A model generated the notes under the pieces. It was not told the DNA's origin and made no database searches. It was given only the letters and a program-made list of their open reading frames with translations. A DNA stretch of 64,000 nucleotides from Malacoraja senta (lineage: Eukaryota), in assembly GCA_038087875.1 (NCBI GenBank), contig CM075989.1, positions 23,002,001 to 23,066,000 on the forward strand. The letters run 5' to 3'. This document shows, one piece after another, positions 1-12,680 of this stretch. Each line of letters begins with the position of its first letter. Position 1 is the first letter of the stretch. Position numbers and translations under genes: made by a program.

Positions 1-1686
1 CAGCTTAGTGTCATCCGCAAACTTGGAGATGTTGCTTTCAATTCCCTCGTCCAGATCATTAATATAAATTGTAAATAGCTGGGGTCCCAGCACTGAGCCT
101 TGCGGTACCCCACTAGTCACTGCCTGCCATTGTGAAAAGGACCCGTTTACTCCTACTCTTTGCTTCCTGTTTGCCAGCCAGTTCTCTATCCACATCAATA
201 CTGAACCCCCAATATCGTGTGATTTAAGTTTGTATCCTAATCTCTTATGTGGTACCTTGTCGAAAGCCTTCTGAAAGTCCAGATACAACACATCCACTGG
301 TTCTCCCCTATCCACTCTACTAGTTACATCCTCGAAAAATTCTATAAGATTCGTCAGACACGATTTACCTTTTGTAAATCCATGCTGACTTTGTCCAATG
401 ATTTCACCACTTTCCAAATGTGCTGCTATCCCATCTTTAATAACTGACTCTAGCAGTTTCCCCACTACCGATGTTAGACTAACTGGTCTGTAATTCCCCG
501 TTTTCTCTCTCCCTCCCTTCTTAAAAAGTGGGGTTACGTTTGCTACCCTCCAATCCTCAGGAACTACTCCAGAATCTAAAGAGTTTTGAAAAATTATCAC
601 TAATGCATCCACTATTTCTGGAGCTACTTCCTTAAGTACTCTGGGATGCAGCCTATCTGGCCCTGGTGATTTATCGGCCTTTAATCCATTCAATTTACCC
701 AACACCACTTCCCGACTAACCTGGATTTCACTCAGTTCCTCCATCTCCTTTGACCCGCGGCCCCCTGCTATTTCCGGCAGATTATTTATGTCTTCCTTAG
801 TGAAGACGGAACCAAAGTAGTTATTCAATTGGTCTGCCATATCCTTGTTCCCCATGATCAATTCACCTGTTTCTGACTGCAAGGGACCTACATTTGATTT
901 AACTAATCTCTTTCTCTTCACATATCTATAAAAACTTTTGCAGTCAGTTTTTATGTTCCCTGCCAGTTTCCTTTCATAATCTATTTTCCCTTTCCTAATT
1001 AAGCCCTTTGTCCTCCTCTGCTGGTCTCTGAATTTCTCCCAGTCCTCTGGTAGGCTGCTTTTTCTGGCTAATTTGTACGCATCATCTTTTGCTTTGATAC
1101 TATCCCTGATTTCCCTTGTTATCCACGGATGCACTACCTTCCTTGATTTATTCTTTTGCCAAACTGGGATGAACAATTTTTGTAGTTCATCCATGCAGTC
1201 TTTAAATGCCTTCCATTGCATATCCACCGTCAACCCTTTTAGAACTAATTGCCAGTCAATCTTGGCCAATTCACGTCTCATACCCTCAAAGTTACCTTTC
1301 TTTAAGTTCAGAACCGTTGTTTCTGAATTAACAATGTCACTCTCCATCCTAATGAAGAACTCAACCATATTATGATCACTCTTGCCCAAGGGGGCACGCA
1401 CAACAAGTCTGCTAACTAACCCTTCCTCATTACTCAATACCCAGTCTAGAATAGCCTGCTCTCTCGTTGGTTCCTCTACATGTTGGTTTAGATAACTATC
1501 CCTCATACATTCCAAGAAATCCTCTTCCTCAGCACCCCTGCCAATTTGATTCACCCAATCTATATGTAGATTGAAGTCACCCATTATAACTGTTTTGCCT
1601 TTGTTGCACGCATTTCTAATTTCCTGTTTGATGCCATCCCCAACTTCACTACTACTGCTAGGTGGCCTGTACACAACACCCACCAG
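1..1686 (-). mobile_element. CR1-clade LINE ORF2 fragment (APE endonuclease to reverse transcriptase), runs off the window
   Basis: Minus-strand translation gives [49 protein letters not shown] and [10 protein letters not shown]. Confidence 0.93.
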
Positions 1687-2612
1687 GGTGAATGGATTCA
1701 AAGTAACATTAGCAAATTTGCAGATGACACAAAGCTGGGTGGAAGTGTGAACTGTGAGGAGGATGCTATGAGGAGGATGCTATGAGGATGCAGGGTGACT
1801 TGGACAGGTTGGGCGAGTGGGCAGATGCAGTTTAATGTGGATAAATGTGAGGTTATCCACTTTGGTGGCAAGAACAGGAAGGCAGATTATTATCTGAATG
1901 GTGTCAAGTAAGGAAAAGGGGAAGTACAACGAGATCTGGGTGTCCTTGTTCATCAGTCACTGAAAGTAAGCACCCATGTACAGCAGTCAGTGAAGAAAGC
2001 TAATGGCATGTTGGCCTTCATAACAAGAGGAGTTGAGTATAGGAGCAAAGAGGTCCTTCTGCAGTTGTACAGGGCCCTGGAGTATTGTGCGCAGTTCTGG
2101 TCTCCAAATTTGAGGAAGGACATCCTTGCTATTGAGGAAGTGCAGCATAGGTTCACAAGGTTAATTCCTGGGATGGCGGGACTGTCATATGTTGAAAGAA
2201 TGGAGCGACTGGGCTGGTATACACAAGAATTTAGAAGGATGAGAGGGGATCTTATTGAAACATATAAGATTATTAAGGGATTGGACACGCTAGAGGCAGG
2301 AAATATATTCCCGATGTTGGAACCAGAACCAGGGGCCACAGTTTAGAATAAGGGATCGGCTATTTAGAATGGAGATGAGGAAAAACTTTTTTATCTAGAG
2401 AGTTGTGAATCTGTGGAATTCTCTGCCTCAGAGGCCAGTTCTCTGGATGCTTTCAAGAGAGGGTTAGATTGAGCTCTTAAAGATAGCGGAGTCAAGGGAT
2501 ATGGGGAGAAGGCAGGAACTGGGTACTGATTGTGGATGATCAGCCATGATCACAGTGAATGGCGGTGCTGGCTCAAAGGGCCGAATGGCCTACTCCTGCA
2601 CCTATTGTCTTT
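1687..2612 (+). mobile_element. CR1 LINE 3' fragment (RT C-terminus plus 3' UTR), degenerate
   Basis: [11 protein letters not shown]...KKANGMLAFI...LEYCAQFWSP...RGDLIETYKIIKG. Ends in the ggcctactcctgcacctattgtct tail. Confidence 0.92.
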
Positions 2613-2782
2613 TGTATCCCAACAGGCAAACTTTAACACAGTTGGCAAGAAGTACAGCGTCCAAAAGAGTCAACTTAAATCACGTTTATCCGCCTCTGAC
2701 ATGCATGGGTAGAACATATAATGTATATGAAGGAACTGCGGATTCTTGTTTACCCTTTGCATATAAATGAATTGACGACAAT

Positions 2783-2997
2783 TGTCTGTGGTATTCTCTG
2801 CCTCAGAGGGCGGTGGAGGCAGGTTCTCTGGATGCTTTCAAGAGAGCTAGATAGGGCTCTTAAAAATAGCAGAGTCAGGGGACATGGGGAGAAGGCAGGA
2901 ACGGGGTACTGATTGGGGATGATCAGCCATGATCACATTGAATGGCGGTGCTGGCTCGAAGGGGCGAATGGCCTACTCCTGCACCTATTGTCTATTG
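2783..2997 (+). mobile_element. CR1 3' end fragment
   Basis: Near-identical to 2410-2610. Confidence 0.85.
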
Positions 2998-3480
2998 ACA
3001 TCTTCCCTCACGCATGCTCCATTGCAGGATCATGGCGGTTCTACATCCGTATTCTAGCTTGGACGAGGAGGAATCTTACTGGATGGGCTGTCTGATGTAG
3101 TTACATGTGTTGGATGGTCAGAGGTTCACCCCCTCCTCACCCCCAGGAACCGGAGAAGAGGTGGAGGGATATGGGCCAAGCGCAGGAAGGTAGGACTAGT
3201 GTAGACGGGACACGTTGGTCGGTGTGGGCAAGTTGGGCCTGTTTCCGCGCTGTAAGTCTATGAATCTCTATTGTGTAAGTGGGTAGTGAAACTGTGAGCA
3301 ATATGAAGAGAATAGATCACTGGGAAAATAGGGAGGGGCTGGGGTGGAATTGGGCTGTGCTTTAAATCAGTACAGACTCTAATGGCCTCAATGGCTTCCT
3401 AATGTTGAGAGAAAATACAGAGAGAGTGTGATTTAAAACTTTGATGTAGAAGGTGGTGAAGCTCTGGAATTCTCTGCTAA

Positions 3481-3832
3481 AGACAGGCAGCATCTCTGGA
3501 GAGAAGGAATGGGTGACGTTTCGGGTCGAGGCCCTTCTTCAGACTGATTCCTTCTACATATTCCTGACCTTCGTCCCCTTTGATCTTGTTTTCACACCTT
3601 ACCCTTCCATATCTCTACATCTCCCTCTCCCCTGACTCTCAATCTGAAGAAGGGTCTCAACCCAAAAGGTCACCCATCTCTCCATAGTCTGAAGAAGGGT
3701 TTCGGCCCGAAACGTTGCCTATTTCCTTCGCTCCATAGATGCTGCCATACCCGCTGAGTTTCTCCAGCAATTTTGTCTACTCTCCATAGATGCTGCCTGT
3801 CCTGCTGAGTTATTCCAACATTTTGTGTCTAT
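3481..3832. mobile_element. Penelope-derived inverted-repeat element with a second subfamily copy nested inside (3688-3779)
   Basis: Inverted arms and a pyrimidine-rich 3' body. The nested copy is flanked by CTCTCCATAG at 3678-3687 and 3780-3789. Hammerhead-like cores at 3515-3542(-) and 3689-3716(+). Confidence 0.75.
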
Positions 3833-4397
3833 CCAAAGTATTTGAAGGGGAGTTTTTGAGAAGATGAGAGTGAGGAGTTTGTGGAACTGAAGTTAATGTC
3901 TGGGCAGATCATCCATGATCATATGAACAATAGGACAGACCTGATGGACCGAGTGGCCTACACCTGCTCCTATTCCCTTTTGTTCCTCCCTCAGAATTTC
4001 CACGGAACAAATGGCAAGAGATTGCGGTCGTTTAACAGTTAACCGAAGGCCAAAATAAACTCGTGGGAGAAATTGACAAATTTATACAAACAAATTAACA
4101 AAGACTTCACCGGGCGCTGAAAACCATGACTCATGCCATTTACCTCAACTCCTAATTTATTCATTTTTCAGCAAGAGCCTAGAAGTGAAGCTGCTGAACG
4201 AGAACGGCACTTGCAGCCTTGAGGAAGACCAGAGTTTAGAGATACAGCGCAGAAACAGGCCCTTCAGCCCACCGAGTCCATGCCGACCAGTTATCACCCC
4301 GCACACACACTCACAACTCACACACACTACGTACAATGTACAATTTTACACAAGCCAATTAACCTATTGGGCGAGGTAGTGTTCTATTCTCCTTAAG

Positions 4398-4665
4398 TGC
4401 GGAAACAGGCCCTTCGGCCCATCGAGTCCGCACTAACCAGCAATCACCCCGTGCATTGGCCCAGACACACACACACACACACACTAGAGGCAATTTACAA
4501 TTTTACTGAAGCCGAATAACCTACAAACATTGTACGTCTTTGGAGTGTTGGAGGAAACCGGAGAAAACCCACACGGTCACGGGAAGAACGTACAAGCTCC
4601 GTACAGACAGCACCCGTAGTCAAACCTGGGTCTCTGGCGCTGTGAGGCAGCAACTCTACCGCTGC
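4398..4665 (-). mobile_element. HE1-type V-SINE
   Basis: tRNA-like head (gcggtagagttgctgcctcacagcgccagagacccagg), central V-domain (gggttttctccggtttcctccc) and CR1-like tail. Confidence 0.85.
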
Positions 4666-5194
4666 ACCCCCCTCCCCCCCCTTACTGGTTTATTTTAATG
4701 TGCATATACAGACATTGGGATCACTTTGTGTAGGAAACAACTGCAGATGTGGGTTTAAGTCAAAGATAGACACAAAATGCTGGAGTAACTCAGCAGGACA
4801 GGCAGCATCTCAGGGGAGAAAAGAATGGGTGACGTTTCGGGTCGAGACCCTTCTTCAGAGTGACCTTTATTTTACCGCTATTCAGGCAGAGTGTACCGTA
4901 CACAAGTACAATCAAAAGGTGATGCAAAAAGTGAAAAGGAAATAGTGAGGAGTATAGGACACAGCCTCCGAGACAATGCAGATTACAAGCTACAAGGGCC
5001 GCAAGGTCCACAGTGTATGTAGATGGTACAACAGAGGGGGGGCAGTGTGGAGTTGCTGCCTTACAGCGCCCGAGACCTGGGTTCAATCCTCACCACGGGT
5101 GCTCTCTGTAAGGAGTTTGCATGTTCTACCCATGACCTGTGAATTTTTCCCCGGGTGCTCGGGTTTCCTCCCACCCACCAAGACGTGCAGCTTT

Positions 5195-6018
5195 NNNNNN
5201 NNNNNNNNNNNNNNNNNNNNNNNNNNNNNNNNNNNNNNNNNNNNNNNNNNNNNNNNNNNNNNNNNNNNNNNNNNNNNNNNNNNNNNNNNNNNNNNNNNNN
5301 NNNNNNNNNNNNNNNNNNNNNNNNNNNNNNNNNNNNNNNNNNNNNNNNNNNNNNNNNNNNNNNNNNNNNNNNNNNNNNNNNNNNNNNNNNNNNNNNNNNN
5401 NNNNNNNNNNNNNNNNNNNNNNNNNNNNNNNNNNNNNNNNNNNNNNNNNNNNNNNNNNNNNNNNNNNNNNNNNNNNNNNNNNNNNNNNNNNNNNNNNNNN
5501 NNNNNNNNNNNNNNNNNNNNNNNNNNNNNNNNNNNNNNNNNNNNNNNNNNNNNNNNNNNNNNNNNNNNNNNNNNNNNNNNNNNNNNNNNNNNNNNNNNNN
5601 NNNNNNNNNNNNNNNNNNNNNNNNNNNNNNNNNNNNNNNNNNNNNNNNNNNNNNNNNNNNNNNNNNNNNNNNNNNNNNNNNNNNNNNNNNNNNNNNNNNN
5701 NNNNNNNNNNNNNNNNNNNNNNNNNNNNNNNNNNNNNNNNNNNNNNNNNNNNNNNNNNNNNNNNNNNNNNNNNNNNNNNNNNNNNNNNNNNNNNNNNNNN
5801 NNNNNNNNNNNNNNNNNNNNNNNNNNNNNNNNNNNNNNNNNNNNNNNNNNNNNNNNNNNNNNNNNNNNNNNNNNNNNNNNNNNNNNNNNNNNNNNNNNNN
5901 NNNNNNNNNNNNNNNNNNNNNNNNNNNNNNNNNNNNNNNNNNNNNNNNNNNNNNNNNNNNNNNNNNNNNNNNNNNNNNNNNNNNNNNNNNNNNNNNNNNN
6001 NNNNNNNNNNNNNNNNNN
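5195..6018. other. Assembly gap (others: 12754-13183, 24441-24645, 25494-25686, 29621-29756)
   Basis: N runs. Confidence 1.
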
Positions 6019-6356
6019 ATCGCTGGTCGATGCGGGCTTGGTGGGCCGAAGGGCCTGTTTCCGCTCTGTATCTCCAAACTAAACTAGGTGGCGCAGACAA
6101 TGAATGATCACACCAGGACTATTTTCTCCATGAAAGGTTTTTTTGAAGGGCGACCCAATTCAGGAAGCCTTGGAGGTTTGACAGGTAGATATTAAGAAGC
6201 CTTCCCTCTTGGAAGAAATCCAACTCGTACGGTGAAAAATACAAAACAGACAAGCAGCCAAGACTTCAATCAGTCAGCACAGAGTCCAGGGGCGACGTGG
6301 CAGAGACACAAGGTGCAGACGCACTTAAAAGGAAAGAAACATGAATTACATGAAAA

Positions 6357-6730
6357 TCAGTCAGTCTGAGGAAGGGTCTCGACCCGAAACGTCACCCATT
6401 CCTTCTCTCCAGAGATGCTGCCTGTCCCACTGAGTTACTCCAGCATTTTCTGTCCAAATGAAAAGGAGTATTGAGTAGGTTAGACACAAAATGCTGGAGT
6501 TACTCAGCAGGTCAGGCAGCATCTGTGGAGAAAAAGGATAGATGACATTTTGGTCGGGACCCTTCCTCAGACTGAAAGTAGGCGGTGGGGGCGGGAAAGA
6601 AGAGGGATGAAGAGCTGGAGGCGAGGAAAGACCAGGAGTAATTAGGGAGGGCCACAATGACCTTTGGCAGGCTGGTGCCTAGTGGGCCCCACCGTTGGCC
6701 AGGGAAGGTGTGATCTACAGGGGGATACAG
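6357..6730. mobile_element. Two Penelope-derived terminal fragments, tail-to-tail
   Basis: Plus arm with intact hammerhead core CTGAGGA-A-GGGTCTCGACCC-GAAACGTC at 6366-6393. Minus arm at 6481-6575 continues into a purine-rich body. Confidence 0.7.
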
Positions 6731-7895
6731 TGTGGGGAACTGCGGTTAAACGACTAGGATGGCCCCAGGCTCTGCAGCGAGTGCCTGGGAGACCCAAAGA
6801 CTCGTCAGACTGGGACTGGGAGGGAGCTGGAGACGTCGGATGCAAGGAGCAAGGGCCGGTCGGAGGGTGATGCCACCAGCGCCTTCAAGGTGGGCTGCAG
6901 GAGGCGCCCCTAGGAAACAAAGATCGCTAGGTGAGGGGAAGGGGGGAGAGGGACATCTATTGGTGGGAACTGCTCCAGTACATCGACAAATGAACCATTG
7001 AGGAAGGGAGCGATGGGGAGGGGAGTCACTTAAAATGAGAGAATCTTGTACAGGTAACTAATATTGAGCAGGTTACAACGACTGCTGTCATTCTGTGCAT
7101 TACTGGGGCCAGCAATGACCTCATTCAGTTGTTTAACAAACTCAATCATAACTTAGCTACTTGCAGGTTACACAAAGCTAGTCCTGGTGTAAAGAAATGG
7201 TTTAAGTTTTTAGTTTTAGAGGTACAGCTCGGAAACAGGCCCTTCTGCCCACCGGGTCCGCGCCGACCAGCGATCCCCGCACATTTGGTGATGTTCCCAA
7301 GGTCAGGGATTCATCTACAATTTCAATCTTGTAAGCTGTTCGTGAACAACGGCAGCTTCAAGGCACAGGGTAGCATTTCCACAAGTAGACATACTCTTTG
7401 CTAAATTTGACCAGGGAAGAAAAATGGGGAGATCAATAACCAATTAACCTACAAACCTGCACGTCTTTGGAGTGTGGGGGGAAACCGAAAATCTCAGAGA
7501 AAACCAACGCAGGTCACGGGGAGAACGTACAGACAAGCACCCGTAGTCGGGATCGAACCCGGGTCTCTGATGCTGTGAGGCAGTGACTCTACCGCTGCAC
7601 CACCGTGCTGCCTCTATAATTCACTCTGCTGTTCAGCCATTTCTGGGAAGTTTCTATCGAAGCCATTTCAAGAAATCGGAGCACAAAAGATGTAACCAAT
7701 ACATAATGGTAATGCCTGAGGCAAGGAGGCAAAAACTAAACTTCCTTGTGCTATTAAGTTCGAAGATTCAGTTTCTCTGAAATAAATCCGATTTTACCAT
7801 AACAGTGAAATGCTTGTTAGAGGGAATTCGCCAGCTTAAGTGACATCCCAAGAGATCACATTGCAAAAACAACTCTTTATTATCAGGATGTACAA

Positions 7896-8265
7896 TCTAT
7901 ACAACTAAAAGTCTCATCTTGACCATTTCCTGTCTGCGCTGTATATTGATTTTAGAATAAACGCTACCATATATCGCTATGATTTTTGGCCATTTTACTC
8001 AGTCCTCCTCCGCTGAGGCAGCCCCGAGGATTTTTCCAATCGATGAAAAATAAAAAAGTTATGAATGTTTAAAAAATCTTGAGATCAGCTGATTGGTCCT
8101 TTCGCCTGTCAATCACCATGTTGAAGGTAACGCCCCTTCCGGGGGGGGGGGCAGGAGTATAAAGCCCAAATGGTCCGAAATTGCATTTGAATTTAGTGGC
8201 CTGCACTCTGCTTGAAATGGTATGAAATTGCATTTGGATTTGGTGGCCTGCACTCTGCTTGCATG
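7896..8265 (+). mobile_element. Helitron 5' fragment (same family as 27704-29223)
   Basis: Starts A|TCTATACAACTAAAAGTCTCATCTTGA. About 250 bp match the reverse complement of 28975-29223. Confidence 0.75.
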
Positions 8266-8278
8266 TGCATGTTCTGGA

Positions 8279-8640
8279 GTGCTGGAGTAACTCGGCGGGT
8301 CAGGTAGCATCTGTGGAGAACATGGATAGGTGACGTTTCACACAGTGCTGGAGTAATTCAGTGGGTCAGGCAGCAACTCTGGAGAACATGGATAGGTGAC
8401 GTTTCACACAGTGCTGGAGTAATTCAGTGGGTAAGGCAGCAACTCTGGAGAAAATGGATAGGTGACGTTTCCATTGCTATTCTGGTTAGGATCACCCAGT
8501 GATTTCATCTTTTGAAGAAGGGTCCCAACCCAAACTTCACCTATCCATGTTCACCAGTGATGCTGCTTGACCCGCTGAATTACTCCAGCACTTTGTGTAT
8601 TTTTTTGTAAGCCAGCATCTGCAGTTCCTCGTTTCTACAC
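8279..8640. mobile_element. Penelope-derived element with a triplicated 66-bp arm
   Basis: Units start at 8279, 8345 and 8411, each ending in ggtgacgtttc. Opposite arm at 8512-8640. Confidence 0.75.
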
Positions 8641-9024
8641 AGGTTCTTGCGTTTAATTATTCACCTCAAAGACTACCAACAACCTTGCAACATTTCCATT
8701 CAAAGCTACAGCTTGCATTTAACATGATAATATGCCTAGCGCATATTTATAGATACTTGGGCAGGAAAGGTTTAGAGGGATACGGGCCAAATGGGACCAG
8801 CACAGATGGGGCATCTTGGTCGGCATGAAGGTGTTGGGCCGAACGGCCTGTTTCCCTGCTGTACGATTCTACGCTAGGTCCCAGATCAGTCCCATCTATC
8901 CCATCCCCCCATCTATCTCCTTGTACCCAGTGTGTTTTCAAGTGTGCATCAGCTCAGGCCTCCACAACAGATTCTTTTACCCTCCATCTGCATGAAGGGG
9001 TCATTTACAACAACATCGTGCCGT

Positions 9025-9340
9025 GGGGTGGTGCAGCGGTAGAGTTGCTGCCTTGCAGCGCTTCCAGCGCCAGAGACCCGGGTTAGATCCCGACTACGGG
9101 TGCTGTCTGTACGGAGTTTGCACGTTCTTCCCGTGACCTGCGTGGGTTTTCTCCGAGATCTTCGGTTTCCTCCCACACCCCAAAGACGTGCAGGTTTGTA
9201 GGTTAATTGGCTTAGGTTTGTATACTTGGTATAAGTGTAAATTGTCCCTGGTGTGTGTAGGCTTGTGTTAATGTGCGGGGATCGCTGGTCGGCACGGACC
9301 CAGTGGGCCGAAGGGCCCGTTTCTGCTCTATATTAAACTG
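9025..9340 (+). mobile_element. HE1-type V-SINE, near full length
   Basis: A/B-box-like head, V-domain and gggccgaagggcc tail. Confidence 0.88.
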
Positions 9341-11207
9341 AACACTTCTTTCTAAAGATGGGGAGAGGAAACCAAAGTGCGTGCACGCCCCGTCTTACAT
9401 CAGGGTTACGTTCTGTGAACTGTTACGCCCGTCAGATTTCACCACCTCCATCCTCAGCCCGAAATAACTCAGAGTATTAACTGGCTCAGCAGCATCCAGG
9501 GCACTTTCCGTGGCTCGCGGCCTTCTGGGTAAGCACGGCCGCCATTGCTGGCTTGTTTCCCCATGTTCAGAGTTTCCAGGGTTCCCTCCTAAAGCAAGCA
9601 CTTTGTCGCCGCTGCCACCACCTGCTATCTCTCTCTCTCTCTCTGTCACCTCTGCCGTTAGACAAGGACAGCCCAACACAGTGAGCAATCCAACATTCCA
9701 ACGACAAATCTTTGTTTGTCCCACAAAGCAGATGGTGCTTTGCTGAGAAAATAAACCTGGCTTTGACTCATTCTGAACGAGCCACTCGTATCAGTCAAAC
9801 TGGTTCCAACTCACTAATGTCATTGAAGTCAGTGGAGCCCTGTTCCACCTTGTACTGACGCAAGACAACCAGACTCCTATTCATGAGCATCTGTCACTGC
9901 ATCATAAAGTGATTCTTGGCCATCTGACTGCTCCAAGGGTAGTCACTGGGTCGGACACGTGGTAGCTAGAATGTAAACAGCTCCCACTAATGTGATAAAC
10001 ACCAGGCAATCCATTTAGCATGACATTAACCAGAGAGTGACATTCTCCAGGCCATTAGGAAGATCTGCCTTCCTCTTCAAAATACAAACAGACGCTCCCC
10101 GACTTACGCAAGGGTTATGACACGCGGACCCTCGCACGAATCAGATGTTGCGCTCGTCAGAAACAGAGGCGCTACAGTGCGCTCGTTAATTTGCCATCAG
10201 CACTGAGCCCGTGTGGGGAACTTACCCAATAGTGAAAGGCCTGGTAGTAGTGGATGTGGAGAGGATGTTTCCACTAGTGGGAAAGTCTAGGACCAGAGGC
10301 CATAGCATCAGAGTATGTAGCTTTAGGAAGGAGATTAGAAGGAATTTCTTTAGTCAAAGGGTGGTGAATCTGCGGAATTCTTTGCCACAGACGGCTGTGG
10401 AGGCCAAGTCAGTGGACGTTTTTAAGGCGGAGATTAGTCATCTTTGATCTTAGACATCGGGAGAAGAATGGAGAGCAGGGGAGAGACAAGACTTTGCCTT
10501 CCATCACAGCGAGGAGGAGATTCACTGTGACGGATGCTTGTGTAAATTGATGTTTGTGTAAATTGTGTTGGTGTTGTGTCTTGGTTCTTTTCTTGTTGTA
10601 TGACTGCAGAAACCAAATTTCGTTTGAACTTCATTTGAGGTTCAAATGACAATAAACGGTATTGTATTGTATTGTATTGCAAAAGGGTTATAATGTTGTA
10701 GAGACCCTTCAGGGTCTCGACCCGAAACGTTGCCTATTTCCTTCGTTCCATAGTTGCTGCCTCACCCGCTGAGTTTCTCCAGCATTTCTGTCTACCTTCA
10801 ATTTTCCCAGCATCTGCAGTTCTTTCTTAAGCGAGGATGAAGAGTACAACATTTAGTGCAAGGTAAATTCTGATAAAATATAGTTCAAAAGGTCTCCGAT
10901 GACGTAGATGGGAGGCCAAGACTGCTCTCCAGCTGATGCGAGGACGGTTCAGTTGCCAACACCAACCAACAGGTCCCATCTACACTCATCCCACTTGCCT
11001 TTATTTGGCCGATATTTCCCCATAAACCTGTCCTATCCATGTATCATGTAGTGAAAAGCTATTTTGTTGCGTGCTATCCAGTCAGCAGAAAGACTATACT
11101 GTACATGATTACAATCAAGCAGTCTAGTGTACAGATACAGAATAAAGTAATACGGTTAAGTACATGATAAAGCCCAGTAAAGTCTGATTAAAGTTAGTCC
11201 GAGCGTC

Positions 11208-12060
11208 CGGAAGTGGCGGTGCTGTTGCACAGCAGCGGCTCGCCTGCAGTCCGTCTGTTTTTACTTTTGTTGTTGTTTTCTTTTGTCCTGTTTTAGTTAC
11301 ATTTTAGTTTATTGGGTTGTGTATGTGTTGGGGGGGGGGGGTGTGAAACATGTTTTTTGTCTCTTCCTTTGGGGGAATGCCACTTTTTCTTGTCGTATCC
11401 CCCTTCTCTGCCTCCGTCTGCGCTGAGGCCAAAATGGCGGAGCTGCCGGCCTCCAACTCCAACTGCGATCGACCAACCTCGAGGCTCCGGAGGTAGAGTC
11501 AGGACTTACCAGCGCGGGGCTGGCCGGCTTCGGGGCTGCGGTGGCGTTGCGGCGGTGGCGACCGAGGACACTGGTGGCGACCTGAGTCCGGAGGCTCGGC
11601 CGCGGGCACGGTGGACGACATCGTCGGGAGCTCGCAGGTCACAGGTGGGTGACCTGTTTTTCTGGGGCTCCCGCAACTACAGCTGCGTCCGCTGGACTGG
11701 AGGGCGGCAGCTTCGGCAGCTTCGGCCACCCCGGGCCGCGGAGTTTGAACCGGCCCGTCGCGGACGGAGCACGGATTCAGCCGCGGGACTGACTTACCAT
11801 CACCCGGCGGGGTCACAACGTCAGAAGCCTGGATCGCCTCAGCGCAGAGGGAGAACAAAGAGGGGAAGAGACAGAGACTTTAAGACTTTTGCCTCCATCC
11901 ACAGTGAGGGTGCCTGGTGAACTCACTGTGGTGGATGTTAATTTGTGTTTATTGTGTGTTTTGTTATTTATTATATGTATGACTGCAGGCAACGAAATTT
12001 CGTTCAGACCGAAAGGTCTGAATGACAATAAAGGAATCTAAGTCTAAGTCTAAGTCTAAG
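11208..12060 (+). mobile_element. GC-rich non-autonomous retroelement with 3' stem-loop, AATAAA and (TCTAAG)n tail, nested in a Rex1/Babar-like 3' end
   Basis: Related partial copies at 10445-10680 and 39600-40030. It interrupts a minus-strand LINE tail (11040-11207 and 12061-12175) that is seen intact at 45630-45930. Confidence 0.65.
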
Positions 12061-12375
12061 TCTCCAATGAGGTAGACGGGAGGTCTGGACCACTCCCTAA
12101 TTGGTGATGTTTCCGTTGCCTGATAACAGTCGGGAAGAAACTGTCCTTGAATCTGGAGGTGTGCATTTTCACACCGAATCTGGATCTTTTTTTCTCTGTA
12201 AAAATTGTCTGCCCTCTCTCCTGCAACTCCATAATTGTTACACAAAGTACTTCAACCGCTGTGATTTAGGAGACACCAACTCTGAGGAAGGCACGACATT
12301 TATGCAAGACTTTTAGATGGCCGGATGAGAGAAGGTGACAGGCCAGTGAGGAGCGAGGGGTTTATGGAGGGAACA

Positions 12376-12680
12376 AGTGGCACAGCGGTAGAGTTGCTGC
12401 CTCACAGCACCAGAGACCCGGGTTCGATCCTGACTGCGGGTGCTGTCTGTACGGAGTTTGTACGTTCTCCCTGTGACCGCGTAGGTTTTCTCCGGGTGCT
12501 CCGGTTTCCTCCCACATTCCAAAGACGGACAGCTTTGTAGGTTAATTGGCTTCAATAAAGATTGAAAATTATCCCTAGTGTGTGTGTGCGTGTGTGGGAT
12601 AGTGCCAGTGTAGGGGGTGATTGCTGGTCGGCGCGGGCTCGATGGGCCGAAGGGCCCGTTTCTGTGCTGTATCTCTGAAC
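12376..12680 (+). mobile_element. HE1-type V-SINE
   Basis: Intact head gtggcacagcggtagagttg...ggttcgatcc, V-domain and tail. Confidence 0.88.

Noticed and set aside
1-2612. Single CR1 with a twin-priming 5' inversion
   Set aside because: Both halves contain the same FADDTKL segment with different nucleotide sequence, so they are two separate head-to-head copies.
4171-4235. Plus-strand exon after the acceptor-like ctaatttattcatttttcag
   Set aside because: No donor before it runs into a SINE tail, and no recognisable peptide.
4976-6107. Long ORFs of 300+ aa (also those at 12.3-13.4 kb, 24.3-24.7 kb, 25.4-25.8 kb and 29.3-29.9 kb)
   Set aside because: Artefacts of translating through N gaps.
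11312-11920. 202-aa GC-rich ORF as a gene or CpG promoter
   Set aside because: It lies within a repeated retroelement with a tandem-repeat tail, and has no recognisable domain.
12376-12440. tRNA genes
   Set aside because: The tRNA-like A/B boxes are SINE heads followed by a V-domain and LINE tail, with no complete cloverleaf.
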